From Spirochaetaceae bacterium (GTDB lineage: Bacteria > Spirochaetota > Spirochaetia > DSM-2461): a stretch of 64,000 bases of DNA. Both the position numbers and the translations under genes were made by a program. Location: the NCBI GenBank assembly GCA_051531975.1, contig JAOPTT010000002.1, positions 313,968 through 377,967 on the forward strand, read 5' to 3'. Under the pieces are notes generated by a model, which saw nothing but the letters and a program-made list of their open reading frames with translations, made no database searches and was not told where the DNA came from. Positions 50,005-60,173 of this stretch are shown one piece after another; position 1 is the first letter of the stretch; the number at the start of each line of letters is the position of its first letter.

Positions 50005-51714
50005 TTACGGTAGAGCTATAATCACTTGTACTGCGAATTCAGCAAACTCTAGAATATTACTTGTTCCTGAAGATGCATCTAATGAAACATCAAAAGTTAC
50101 ACTATCTCCTACTGGAACAGTAAGTGATAAGTTATGTGTAGCTTCTACTGTATAGTCAGTATTAGATAAAGTAGATGTATCTGAACTTAAGCTATTATCA
50201 ACAGTAGATCCCGTTTCTGCTCCTGTCCCATCTAAAGTCGTAACAGTAGTCTCTGTTGTACCACTTTTAGTTTCAGTTGTTTCATACTCACATATAAATG
50301 AAGGAGTACTTCCCAAAGTCAATGAGAATAACCAACCATTTGGTGCAACAGTTAGAGCCATAGGAAGTTCTAATGTTGTAGTTAAGGTTGTTACTGTAGA
50401 AGCATCACTACCAGCAATATTAGTATTTTCTAATACCTGAATTGTAGTAACCTTTGTATCTACCGCATCAGTGAAAACACCATTAGTATCAGTATCAGTA
50501 TTCACAACATCAGTTACCTTGGTTTGTAGTGCATCAGATTCTGATTTAATACCAAAACTAGCAAAGGGCTTAACAATAAATAAAACCATAGAACCTAAGT
50601 CGAAGTAAAAACTATTTGATGCATTAACTATAAAATCTAAAGAAGTACCATATTGAAAATCAGTAGTGCTTGTATCTTCATCTCTTTGGCCTATAACAGC
50701 TGCAGCCCCACCACCAGCATAATCTACACTTTGAGTTATTAATGAAACACTAGCTTCTGGTATCTCAAAACCTCCTGTAATATCTCCACCTAGGGTTAGC
50801 GCATTTCGATTATCAGATCCAAAACCTCTAAAAATAACGTCATATGATCCACCAAAAGATAATGTTGTTAAAGTATCTATATTTTCTGACTCCTCTGTAT
50901 TTAGAACTGTACCAATAGCGGTATCAGGAGTACCTGTATACGCTTCTACCATAGTAGTAGAAGTATCAACATTATTATAGTTGAAAGTAACATTACCTAT
51001 AGTACCAAGACTTCCTAAGGCCATATAAAATGGAATACCCACTGCAAAACTTAAATCTTTTCCATCAGCATCAGTTTCTGTTCTTACCCGAGTATAGTCT
51101 GCTGTAGCTACAGGAATAACCCCTGCACCTGCAGCATTATAAAAATTTTCCTCAGTTTCAGTAAAGCTATCTGTTGGGTAAAGTACATCCACTATATCTA
51201 GGCTGAAATATAAACCTGTATTTATATCACCAAACATAAAAAGATATTGAGCCGCGAAATTAAGGGAATCAAATAATTTATTGGCACTATAAACTGTATC
51301 AACACTCTGGCTATTCCATTGATGATCAGTAGATGATGTTCCATCAACAACAGTCTCTGGTGCGCCTGCTGTATAAGTTGTATCATCAGCTATATTAAAC
51401 GTTGAATCTACTGCTGTAAAACCAGTAAAAATAGACCAAGGATTATCTGCATTATGATAATATCCAAGCCACATAGGGTTACTTGTATAAGTTTCTGTAC
51501 CTAGTAAAGTTGAGCCAAGCTCCATATTAGTAAGCCCACCAAAAAGATAGGAATTATCAAGCATAGAAAACTCCTTACCTACCCCAGATGCATGATCTAA
51601 CGGGTTTGTAATTAAACTATCCGTTGTACTAGACGATACAGATTCTAACCCCACATTCTGAGCAGAAAGAGTAATAGTAATTGTTAAAAAAATTGCAATT
51701 ATAATTTTTTTCAT
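50005..51714 (-). CDS. Putative Thr/Asp-rich outer-membrane beta-barrel protein
   Basis: Signal peptide, long amphipathic strands and Thr-rich loops. It may be TDE2508-like, which is uncertain. Confidence 0.6.
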   Translation of the reverse strand: MKKIIIAIFLTITITLSAQNVGLESVSSSTTDSLITNPLDHASGVGKEFSMLDNSYLFGGLTNMELGSTLLGTETYTSNPMWLGYYHNADNPWSIFTGFTAVDSTFNIADDTTYTAGAPETVVDGTSSTDHQWNSQSVDTVYSANKLFDSLNFAAQYLFMFGDINTGLYFSLDIVDVLYPTDSFTETEENFYNAAGAGVIPVATADYTRVRTETDADGKDLSFAVGIPFYMALGSLGTIGNVTFNYNNVDTSTTMVEAYTGTPDTAIGTVLNTEESENIDTLTTLSFGGSYDVIFRGFGSDNRNALTLGGDITGGFEIPEASVSLITQSVDYAGGGAAAVIGQRDEDTSTTDFQYGTSLDFIVNASNSFYFDLGSMVLFIVKPFASFGIKSESDALQTKVTDVVNTDTDTNGVFTDAVDTKVTTIQVLENTNIAGSDASTVTTLTTTLELPMALTVAPNGWLFSLTLGSTPSFICEYETTETKSGTTETTVTTLDGTGAETGSTVDNSLSSDTSTLSNTDYTVEATHNLSLTVPVGDSVTFDVSLDASSGTSNILEFAEFAVQVIIALP

Positions 51715-51736
51715 TTTTCTCTCCTATATTATATTA

Positions 51737-51830
51737 ATTATAATTCAAGTGCTTTGGATATTCCAAGAGTTTTTTATGGCTCTGCCCTGAGGAATATTTG
51801 AGGAATATGGGGGGGTATTGGGGGGTTATC
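51737..51830 (-). promoter_or_regulatory. Promoter with an upstream phased repeat / G-tract array
   Basis: Minus strand TTGGAA (51766-51761), 18 nt, TATAAT (51742-51737). The plus strand carries TGAGGAATAT twice and then G7-TATT-G6 at 51788-51829. Confidence 0.6.
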
Positions 51831-51924
51831 ACTTCAGAGTGCTATTTTTTACATTGTGACATATTTTATAAAATTTTGACTGTGTTAGACCTATTCCACT
51901 ACTTCTATATTTATGAGTATTAAC

Positions 51925-52257
51925 TTATAGCTTCGCTGTAATAAAGTTATTAAACATTTCCACATCTTTTTTTATCTGGGCTAAATATTGTTCAATTAAA
52001 AGATTGTCATGATCAGCCGCTGCAAACTCAAGATCTTTTGATGTTAATTCTAGACTTTTTGCCATTAGGTTTCTTGCCCCACCTTTAATGGAGTGAGCCT
52101 CTCTATTTAGTGTATTGTAGTCTCTATTTATATATAATTCTTCCATTAGTGGTAATTGGTTATTTATTGATTTAATGAATTCATCAATTATCATATTTAC
52201 AACATCTAAATCCTGATCCATCTCTTCTAGAAATGAGTCATAATCCATTATATTCAT
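51925..52257 (-). CDS. Stand-alone Hpt phosphotransfer protein
   Basis: EAHSIKGGARNL motif in a 110-aa helical protein. Confidence 0.92.
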   Translation of the reverse strand: MNIMDYDSFLEEMDQDLDVVNMIIDEFIKSINNQLPLMEELYINRDYNTLNREAHSIKGGARNLMAKSLELTSKDLEFAAADHDNLLIEQYLAQIKKDVEMFNNFITAKL

Positions 52258-52416
52258 TTGTTAGTCCTTACTTTATTATTTATGTATTTATGTAATAAAA
52301 TAATAGTATAATAAAAGGGTAAAAGCCTCAAGATTCCTTGACTTTAATTTGCTAGATATATAATATACAAATTCTGCATACATTAAGTATGTAAATAAAT
52401 TTTAAGAGAGGCAGTA

Positions 52417-53034
52417 ATGGCAAGAAATTCCAAAGCAAAAGGTAAAATTGTCCGTCGATTAGGCGTCAACATTTACGGTAATAGTAAATACGATAAATTA
52501 CTAAAGAAAAAACCTCAAGGTCCTGGAAAGGAACGAGGTGTTAGAAGTCGAAACAAAGTTAGTGACTTTGGTAAGCAACAAAACGAAAAGCAGAAGATTA
52601 GATTTGCTTACGGTATGTCTGAGAAGCAGTTTTATAACTCTTTCTTAAAGGCTAAAGCTATGCCAGGTTTAACTGGTGATAACATGATGATCATGTTAGA
52701 AAGAAGATTAGACAATGTAATTTACCGATTAGGTATGGCTACAACTAGATGCCAGGCTAGACAATTAGTAAGTCATGGTCACGTTGTATTCAACGGTAGA
52801 AAATTAAATATTCCATCTGCAATTGTTAGAGAAGGTGATATCATTGGCATTAAGCAAAATGATACTTCTGTAAAAATGGTTAGAGAGAACATTTCTAAAG
52901 CTGGAAGACCAACTCCAGCATGGTTATCTTTAGAAGCTGACGATTTAAAAGCTAAAGTTGAGAGAATCCCATTTAGAACTGATATCGATACTATTGCTAA
53001 CGAGCAGGTTGTTGTTGAGTTCTACTCTAAATAG
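52417..53034 (+). CDS. rpsD: 30S ribosomal protein S4
   Basis: EKQKIRFAYG, LERRLDNVIYRLG, ARQLVSHGH, VVEFYSK. Confidence 0.98.
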   Translation: MARNSKAKGKIVRRLGVNIYGNSKYDKLLKKKPQGPGKERGVRSRNKVSDFGKQQNEKQKIRFAYGMSEKQFYNSFLKAKAMPGLTGDNMMIMLERRLDNVIYRLGMATTRCQARQLVSHGHVVFNGRKLNIPSAIVREGDIIGIKQNDTSVKMVRENISKAGRPTPAWLSLEADDLKAKVERIPFRTDIDTIANEQVVVEFYSK

Positions 53035-53088
53035 AGTATAGGAGAATCTTTAGATTCTACTATTAATTATTTAGACAAACTTATATAC

Positions 53089-53117
53089 AAAAAGGGAAAC
53101 TACGGTTTCCCTTTTTT
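53089..53117. terminator. Bidirectional terminator
   Basis: AAAAAGGGAAAC-TACG-GTTTCCCTTTTTT with a cUACGg loop. Confidence 0.92.
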
Positions 53118-53151
53118 ATTTATAAATCTTGTAATTATATATTATGTTCTA

Positions 53152-55881
53152 TTAACCTTCTAAATTATTATTTTGAATAATGAGGTCTAAGGCTGACTCA
53201 CCTTTATCATTCTTTTTATTTACATCCGCACCCTTTTCAATCAAATAATCAATTATATTTCTATTGTCCTGATAATAAGAAGCATACATCAACGCTGTCC
53301 AACCCTCATTATTAGTAAAATCAATATCATCAATATATTCTAATAACAAGTCTAAGACTTTAGTACTGTTTTGAAATTGTGATGCAGACATGAATATAGA
53401 CTTACCTTTATTCGTAACGAAGTTAATATCGGCACCATTTTCTAATAACGCTTTTACAATATCTGGGTTAACATTATTCTCAACTGCTATAGCCAGGGAT
53501 GGAACACCATTAGGTAGTCCTTTATTTGGGTTTGCACCATTAGAAATAAGTGTTGATATTATTTCTGGATTATCTTGAAATTGAGATGCAATCATTAAAG
53601 CAGTCCAACCAAACTCATTTTCATTATCTATATCCTTAATATTGTTTAATAGAACCTGCAATGTTTGTGCGTCATCAGTAATTTCAGCCGACAGATGCAC
53701 TGAATTAACACCGTTATCTAAGGATTCTAATGGATCTACACCTACACTAATTAGTAACTCTATAACTTTTGGGTTCTTATGATACTGAATAGCATACATT
53801 AACAGATTTCTTCCGTTTGAGTCTTTAAAACTCATATCTGTACCAGAATCAACCAATGTTTTAATTAATGTAATATCCAAATTACCTTTTATCGCCCATA
53901 GAAGAGGTGTCTCTCCATAGTCGTTTATACTATTTGGATCTGCACCGTTATCTACTAATGTTTTAATAATTTCTAGATTCTTATTATTTTGTACCGCTAT
54001 AAGTAGTGGTGAAGCACCATTTGATAGAGTTTTATTAGGATCAGCACCATTTAAAATAAGTGTTGATATAATTGGGGGATTATCTTGAAATTGAGATGCA
54101 ATCATTAAAGCAGTCCAGCCATTATTGTTTGTTTTATCTACATTAGAAACGTTCTTTAATAAGGTCTCAAGGGTTTTGGGATTATTAGATATTTCTGCAG
54201 AAAGATGAACTGAAGTAGTACCACTACCAAAAGAATCTAATGGGTTGATACCTGCATCAACTAGTATCTTTATTACACTAGGATCTTTATTATATTCTAG
54301 AGCAAACATTAAAAGGTTTCTTCCATTAGAGTTTTTGTACTTTAAATCAGCTCCGGCTTCAACCAAAGTCTGAATGAATAATGTTTCTTTGTTATTTTTA
54401 ATTGCCCATAACAGAGCAGTCTCTTCTTTATTATTTTTCTGGTTAGGATCTGCTCCTTTTTTTAGTAAAGCTTTTAATACTCCAACAGAGTCTTGGTCTG
54501 TTACAGAGTAAAATAGTGGCGAGACACCATCATCATCTGTAACCAATAGATCAGATCCATTATCAATTAATACATTTATTACTTCAGGGTTATCTTGTTT
54601 CATTGAAGCAAGTATTAGCTCGTTCCAACCAAAGACTCCTTTCCTATTTATTTCTGATCCTGCTTTAATAAAAGCTTTAACATTAACTACACTTGAGTTC
54701 ATCGATGACATCATGAAAGGAGTTAAATTATAATTACTTAGATTATGAATATTTGCACCACGACTAATTAGTAACTCAATTATGTCTTTATTATCATCTT
54801 CAATCGCAGAATAATTTAGTGCTGTCCATTTTTGATTATCTTTTAAGTCTATATTAGCTCCATAATCTAATAATAGTTTTACAATCTCATATCCATCACT
54901 TCTATGGGATGAATTCATTATTGGGGTAACGTTAGACTCTCCACGGAAATTTGGGTCAGCACCAGCATCTAAAAGTATTTTATATTTATCTATGTTATTA
55001 TCAAATTTAGATAAAATGATTAAAGCACTATTACCCCGCTTATCTGGATAATTTGGATCTAACCCCTCATCTAAATATTTCTTTAAATCTTCATTATTAG
55101 ATTCGGTTAGTTTATTTATAATCCCATATAACCTCATATCATCTAATAATAGACCTCTAAAAGTCTTAAACTTTTCTGAAGTAGGTTCTAATTCAATTGC
55201 TCTATCTATAGTATCTAAAGATTCTTCATACATTTCTAATCTTAAATAAGTTACAGCTAAACCATGAATAGACCAGCCCCTTGGTTCCATTTCAACTGCG
55301 ATTATTCTGTGTTCTAATGCTTTCTGGTGTTGTTCATCTGCCCCTAATACATTAGCAAATGTCTGATGTACTAAAACTGGTGCAATGTCCCAAATATCTA
55401 GAATATCTTTATAAACTTCTATACCTATCTTATTTAAACCATGGTTTCTACATTGAACTGCTAACATCCATAACAATATTGTATGTTCTCTATTCTCCTG
55501 GACAAAACTTTGAAATTCATGGAAAGTATCTTCTATCTCTTTTTGATTATCTAACATCAATATATAAGTAGCTGCGGATCCCCATAAAGAGTTGCTATCT
55601 AAATCAATAACTTTCTTGAAAAGTACATTTGATTCTTTTTCAAGAAATCTAGATCTTTTTAAAGAAGCATAATAAAAAAGGATCTCCTGATTTTTAGGAT
55701 TTTCAGACATCATGTTATACGTATATAACTCTGCTTGATCCTGTTTCCCACTACTTAAAAGGTCATTAATATTTGACACTACATTTGTTTCAAACTTATT
55801 TGACTCGACATTTGTTTCGGACTTGTTAGAAACACAGCTAACACTCAAAATGAGTAATATTATTGTAATAATTTTTTTCAT
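53152..55881 (-). CDS. Lipoprotein with N-terminal TPRs and about 19 ankyrin repeats
   Basis: Lipobox LSVSC, TPR helices, repeated G.T(A/P)L..A...LI..GAD.N units. Confidence 0.92.
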   Translation of the reverse strand: MKKIITIILLILSVSCVSNKSETNVESNKFETNVVSNINDLLSSGKQDQAELYTYNMMSENPKNQEILFYYASLKRSRFLEKESNVLFKKVIDLDSNSLWGSAATYILMLDNQKEIEDTFHEFQSFVQENREHTILLWMLAVQCRNHGLNKIGIEVYKDILDIWDIAPVLVHQTFANVLGADEQHQKALEHRIIAVEMEPRGWSIHGLAVTYLRLEMYEESLDTIDRAIELEPTSEKFKTFRGLLLDDMRLYGIINKLTESNNEDLKKYLDEGLDPNYPDKRGNSALIILSKFDNNIDKYKILLDAGADPNFRGESNVTPIMNSSHRSDGYEIVKLLLDYGANIDLKDNQKWTALNYSAIEDDNKDIIELLISRGANIHNLSNYNLTPFMMSSMNSSVVNVKAFIKAGSEINRKGVFGWNELILASMKQDNPEVINVLIDNGSDLLVTDDDGVSPLFYSVTDQDSVGVLKALLKKGADPNQKNNKEETALLWAIKNNKETLFIQTLVEAGADLKYKNSNGRNLLMFALEYNKDPSVIKILVDAGINPLDSFGSGTTSVHLSAEISNNPKTLETLLKNVSNVDKTNNNGWTALMIASQFQDNPPIISTLILNGADPNKTLSNGASPLLIAVQNNKNLEIIKTLVDNGADPNSINDYGETPLLWAIKGNLDITLIKTLVDSGTDMSFKDSNGRNLLMYAIQYHKNPKVIELLISVGVDPLESLDNGVNSVHLSAEITDDAQTLQVLLNNIKDIDNENEFGWTALMIASQFQDNPEIISTLISNGANPNKGLPNGVPSLAIAVENNVNPDIVKALLENGADINFVTNKGKSIFMSASQFQNSTKVLDLLLEYIDDIDFTNNEGWTALMYASYYQDNRNIIDYLIEKGADVNKKNDKGESALDLIIQNNNLEG
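53567..54117. repeat. 41-bp exact intragenic direct repeat, 510 bp apart
   Basis: GGATTATCTTGAAATTGAGATGCAATCATTAAAGCAGTCCA at 53567-53607 and 54077-54117. Confidence 0.92.
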
Positions 55882-55922
55882 TATGAATGTTAACTAGTAA
55901 ACAGTTATATGTAAATTCTTTT

Positions 55923-56582
55923 TTATAATAGCTCTAAAATAGTACTAGGTTTAAAACTTTTTTGGCCGTCTGGGTAATAATCATAAGCTTTTGATTGTAA
56001 CTCTTTACTTTTATTCCCTATTGAATCAAACCATATACACTTCATTCCTGCTCGAACTGCTGACCTAAATCCAGTAGAGGTATCTTCAAAAACTAAACAC
56101 TCTTCGGGTTTAAGACCTAGTTCACTAGCAGCATGTATATAAATATCAGGCTGTGGTTTGTCATATTCAACTAATTCAGAAGAATAAAGCTTATTAATAT
56201 ATTTTAAGAGCCCTGTTCGTTCTGCTATTGTCTCAATAATCCATTGGCTACTACCGGAAGCGACTGCCATTGGAATGCCTTTTTTGTGTAGATCTTTAAT
56301 TAGAGATAACATCTTTGGATATATCTCTACATTATCATCAGCAATATCTAAAAAAATCTTATTATTTAATGCAATTAGTTCATCTACTGATCGATCGGTA
56401 ATATTTAGTCGACTCATCATGGACTCAACAAAATATCGAACTCCTCCACCAACAAACTCATTATGATCAATATCTTCGTAAACACCACCAAGTGCCTTGG
56501 CGAACTCTATATCTGTCAACGCGTACGCCCATAGCGTATCCACTAATGTACCATCAAAATCAAAAATAACACCTTTGAACAA
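55923..56582 (-). CDS. HAD-IA phosphatase (beta-phosphoglucomutase/CbbY-like)
   Basis: FDFDGTLVDT, VASGS, KPQPDIY, FED. Confidence 0.9.
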   Translation of the reverse strand: MFKGVIFDFDGTLVDTLWAYALTDIEFAKALGGVYEDIDHNEFVGGGVRYFVESMMSRLNITDRSVDELIALNNKIFLDIADDNVEIYPKMLSLIKDLHKKGIPMAVASGSSQWIIETIAERTGLLKYINKLYSSELVEYDKPQPDIYIHAASELGLKPEECLVFEDTSTGFRSAVRAGMKCIWFDSIGNKSKELQSKAYDYYPDGQKSFKPSTILELL

Positions 56583-56749
56583 ATTAAACTCCTATACTTT
56601 GTAATATTATATAAATTGTAAATAACAACTATTGCAGTAAACGCAACATTAAGTAGTTATCATTTCACTATCAAACATATTGAGAAATTATGCAATTAGG
56701 ATATAATATATTTAAGCATTGTGGTTTTAATGCATAAGGAGATACCGAG

Positions 56750-58594
56750 ATGAAGTTTGAGTATAGAAGTTCCACAACAAAAAAGGGAAGAAGAATGGCT
56801 GGAGCAAGAAGTCTCTGGAGAGCAAGTGGTATGACAGAAGAACAACTAGATAAACCTGTTATTGCAATTGCAAACTCATTTACACAATTTGTACCTGGTC
56901 ATGTTCACTTACACCAAGTTGGACAGGACTTAAAAAATATAATAGAAGAGAGTGGCGCATTTGCTGCTGAGTTTAATACAATGGCTATTTGTGATGGTAT
57001 TGCAATGGGTCACGATGGAATGTTGTACTCATTACCATCAAGAGAATTAATTGCAGATACTGTAGAGTATATGTGTAATGCACATAAGGTTGACGCATTA
57101 GTATGTATCTCTAACTGTGATAAAATTACTCCAGGAATGGCAATTGCTGCTATGAGGTTAAATATACCTACGATCTTTATTTCCGGTGGACCAATGGAAG
57201 CTGGGAAAGTTGATAAAATGAAACTAGACCTTGTTGACGCAATGGTGATGGGTGCAGATGATTCAATTGATGATGCAACAGTAGACAAAGTTGAGAAATC
57301 AGCATGTCCTACATGTGGTTCGTGTTCAGGAATGTTTACTGCGAACTCTATGAACTGTTTAACAGAAGCTTTAGGGCTTTCCCTTCCAGGTAACGGTACA
57401 ATTGTTGCTACTCATGAGAATAGAAAAGAGTTATTTAATAAAGCTGCAAAACGAATAGTAGAGATGACAGAAGAGTACTATGTTAAAGGTAATGTTAATG
57501 TACTACCTAGATCTATCGCAACAAGAGAAGCTTTTAAAAATGCTATGAGTTTAGATATTGCAATGGGTGGTTCTACAAATACAGTACTTCACTTATTGGC
57601 AATTGCAGCTTCTGCTGAAGTTGATTTTACTATGGACGATATGGATGAATTATCTCGAAAAGTTCCTATCCTATCAAAAGTTGCACCAAATAAAGTTCCT
57701 GATGGAAGAGTATTTCATATAGAGGATTGTAACAGAGCTGGAGGTATTTTAGGTATTTTAGGTGAGTTAGACAGAGGTGGTTTATTAGATACAACAACTT
57801 ATAGAGCAGACGGTTTAACACTGAAAGAAGCTATAGACCAATACGATATTAAAAGAGATACAGTTATCCCAGAAGCAATTAATATTTATAAATCCGCACC
57901 AGGTGGCGTTAGATCAATAGTTATGGGTAGTCAAAAAGTTAATTTCAAGGAACTAGATACTGATAGAGAAGATGGTTGTACAAGAAATATAGAGAACTGT
58001 TTTGATACTGAAGGTGGTTTAGCTGTACTATTTGGTAATATTGCATTAAATGGTTGTATTGTTAAAACAGCAGGAGTTGATAAATCTATTTACAATTTTT
58101 GTGGTAATGCGAAAGTATACCACTCCCAAGATGATGCTGTTGAGGCAATATTAGCAGATAAAATAGTAGAAGGTGACATTGTAATTATTACATACGAGGG
58201 ACCAAAAGGTGGACCTGGAATGCAGGAGATGTTATACCCTACTTCATACTTAAAATCTAAACATTTAGGTGCACAGTGTGCACTGTTAACTGATGGTAGA
58301 TTTAGTGGAGGAACATCTGGCTTATCTATTGGTCATGCATCTCCAGAAGCTGCTGCAGGTGGTGCTATTGGGCTTGTTAAAAATGGTGATAAAATTGAAA
58401 TATCAATTCCAAATAGAACTATTAACGTTATGGTATCCGACGAGGAACTTGCAAAGAGACGGAAAGAAGAAGAGGCTTTTGGTAAGGCAGCATTTACTCC
58501 TAGAGGTCGAGGCCGAGTAGTATCTGATGCTTTAAAAGTCTATGGAATGTTAGCAGCATCTGCTGATAAAGGAGCAATGAGAGTTTTAGATTAA
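56750..58594 (+). CDS. ilvD: Dihydroxy-acid dehydratase
   Basis: [57 protein letters not shown]. Confidence 0.98.
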   Translation: MKFEYRSSTTKKGRRMAGARSLWRASGMTEEQLDKPVIAIANSFTQFVPGHVHLHQVGQDLKNIIEESGAFAAEFNTMAICDGIAMGHDGMLYSLPSRELIADTVEYMCNAHKVDALVCISNCDKITPGMAIAAMRLNIPTIFISGGPMEAGKVDKMKLDLVDAMVMGADDSIDDATVDKVEKSACPTCGSCSGMFTANSMNCLTEALGLSLPGNGTIVATHENRKELFNKAAKRIVEMTEEYYVKGNVNVLPRSIATREAFKNAMSLDIAMGGSTNTVLHLLAIAASAEVDFTMDDMDELSRKVPILSKVAPNKVPDGRVFHIEDCNRAGGILGILGELDRGGLLDTTTYRADGLTLKEAIDQYDIKRDTVIPEAINIYKSAPGGVRSIVMGSQKVNFKELDTDREDGCTRNIENCFDTEGGLAVLFGNIALNGCIVKTAGVDKSIYNFCGNAKVYHSQDDAVEAILADKIVEGDIVIITYEGPKGGPGMQEMLYPTSYLKSKHLGAQCALLTDGRFSGGTSGLSIGHASPEAAAGGAIGLVKNGDKIEISIPNRTINVMVSDEELAKRRKEEEAFGKAAFTPRGRGRVVSDALKVYGMLAASADKGAMRVLD

Positions 58595-58625
58595 TTATAT
58601 GAAACTCACATAAAGTCCCCTACTA

Positions 58626-58678
58626 TGAGGTGAACCCCTATTGTTGGACAATATTCAACAATAGGGGTTTTTTTATTA
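58626..58678 (+). mobile_element. Possible IS3-family (IS150 group) left-end remnant
   Basis: TGAGGTGAACCCCTATTGTTGGACA followed by a self-complementary arm and TTTTTATT, resembling IS150/IS861-type left ends. No transposase is present. Confidence 0.5.
58633..58675 (+). terminator. Terminator after ilvD
   Basis: 14-bp stem AACCCCTATTGTTG/CAACAATAGGGGTT plus a T-run. Confidence 0.9.
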
Positions 58679-58682
58679 ATAA

Positions 58683-59312
58683 ATGGGTTATACTAGACCC
58701 ATGATTAAATGGCATAATTTAAACCATCGGTTTGATGATAAAATAATATATGATAACTTTAATCTTGAAGTTAAAACTGGGGAGAAAATCCTTATTAAAG
58801 GTAACTCAGGATGTGGAAAATCAACACTATTTAAAGTAGCACTAGGGCTATTGGTCCCAGATTCAGGAACTATTATTGCAAATAACTTGGAACTAAATCC
58901 TCAGAGTATTACAGAGATTAGAAAGCAAATATTCTATTTAGATCAGGATGTTAACCTTCCTAATATTGAAGTATCAGAAATACTAAAACAGATACTTGAC
59001 TATAAAAATAATAAGTTAACATACTCAGAAAATATTGTCTTAGAAATGTTTGAAGAGTTTAGACTTGAAAAAGATATACTGTATAAAAATGTTAAAGACC
59101 TTTCAGGCGGAGAGAGACAGAGAATTGGAATAATTATTGGACTGCTTTTAGATAGACCTATTTGGTTATTAGATGAACCAACATCGGCACTTGATACCGA
59201 GCTAAAAGAGAAGGTTTTTAAAAAATTAACAGAAAAAACCATAACGATGTTAGTTACATCCCACGATGGGTGTTGGAACGGCTTAAAACAGTATAAGTGG
59301 GGTGAAAAATGA
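58683..59312 (+). CDS. ABC ATPase, FetA/YbbL-like (start probably ATG 58701)
   Basis: GNSGCGKST, LSGGERQR, LLDEPTSALD, TSHD. Confidence 0.88.
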   Translation: MGYTRPMIKWHNLNHRFDDKIIYDNFNLEVKTGEKILIKGNSGCGKSTLFKVALGLLVPDSGTIIANNLELNPQSITEIRKQIFYLDQDVNLPNIEVSEILKQILDYKNNKLTYSENIVLEMFEEFRLEKDILYKNVKDLSGGERQRIGIIIGLLLDRPIWLLDEPTSALDTELKEKVFKKLTEKTITMLVTSHDGCWNGLKQYKWGEK

Positions 59313-60070
59313 GTTTTTTACTTCTACTTTTACTCCTAATACCTATAATTATAATGAACCGTTTACTTAAACTCACTTTTAGCAAAGAGTTAATAATTTC
59401 AGTTATTAGAATGTTATTACAACTCTCTTTTGCTGGACTGTATTTACAATATATTTTTAAATTAAATAATCCAGTTATTAATATATTATACCTTTTATTA
59501 ATGATAACTATAGCATCTGCACATTCACTACGATCAAGTTCTCTAAAGCTTAAAGAGTTATTTATACCAATATTTATTTCTGTTGCAGTACCACAGTTTA
59601 TAGTTCTTTTAGCCTTTAATTTAACCGTCGCTGGAGCTGATAAACTGCTTGATGCAAAGTTTTTAATACCGGTTGGAGGAATGTTGTTAGGTAACTGTCT
59701 TAACGGTAATATTTTAGCATTAAATACTTTTTATAGTGGAATTAAAGATGATTCAAAAAGATATAATTTTTCTCTAACGTTAGGAGCAAGCCATAATCAG
59801 GCACTACTACCCTACCTTCGAAATAGTATGAATCTTGCCATAAAACCAACTTTGGCATCAATGGCAACAACTGGTCTTGTAGCATTACCAGGGATGATGA
59901 CAGGGCAGATCTTAGCTGGTTCACTACCACTTACTGCAATTAAGTATCAGATAGCTATATTTATAGCTATTTTAACCGCAAAATATTTTAGTGTATTATT
60001 ATCGATGGTTATATCTAGAAGTAAAGGTTTTACAAAATATTACACTCTAAATTCAGAGATATTTAGATGA
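59309..60070 (+). CDS. ABC permease, FetB/YbbM (UPF0014) family
   Basis: RMLLQL, IPVGGMLLGN, GLVALPGMMTGQILAG..P..AIKYQI. Confidence 0.92.
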   Translation: MSFLLLLLLLIPIIIMNRLLKLTFSKELIISVIRMLLQLSFAGLYLQYIFKLNNPVINILYLLLMITIASAHSLRSSSLKLKELFIPIFISVAVPQFIVLLAFNLTVAGADKLLDAKFLIPVGGMLLGNCLNGNILALNTFYSGIKDDSKRYNFSLTLGASHNQALLPYLRNSMNLAIKPTLASMATTGLVALPGMMTGQILAGSLPLTAIKYQIAIFIAILTAKYFSVLLSMVISRSKGFTKYYTLNSEIFR

Positions 60071-60120
60071 TATTTATGAGAAGTTAAGCCGCTAGTATTT
60101 ATCTAAAAGAGAAATAATTG

Positions 60121-60170
60121 TGACTTATAATAAAGGAAAATCATCATGATTTATAATAAAGGAAAATCAT
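60121..60170 (+). repeat. Tandem 24-bp direct repeat (period 26) upstream of the RluA gene
   Basis: TGACTTATAATAAAGGAAAATCAT and TGATTTATAATAAAGGAAAATCAT, identical at 23 of 24 positions. Confidence 0.92.
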
Positions 60171-60173
60171 TTA

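Noticed and set aside
51751..51766. sigma54 promoter (GG-N10-GC on the minus strand)
   Set aside because: The spacing fits but TGGCAC and TTGC are poorly matched; a sigma70 reading with a perfect TATAAT is simpler.
52417..53034. rpsD outside the alpha operon and lacking Zn-binding cysteines
   Set aside because: This is the usual state in spirochaetes and is not evidence of a zinc-starvation paralogue.
53567..54117. Possible diversity-generating retroelement TR/VR pair
   Set aside because: Both copies are in-frame ankyrin modules, the flanking differences are not adenine-specific, and there is no reverse transcriptase in the window.
56583..56749. T-box or leader-peptide attenuator before ilvD (also checked before ilvE and proS)
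   Set aside because: No T-box motif, no Ile/Leu/Val-rich mini-ORF and no terminator in the leaders.
60121..60170. Possible CRISPR mini-array
   Set aside because: Only two copies separated by 2 nt, with no spacers and no cas genes.
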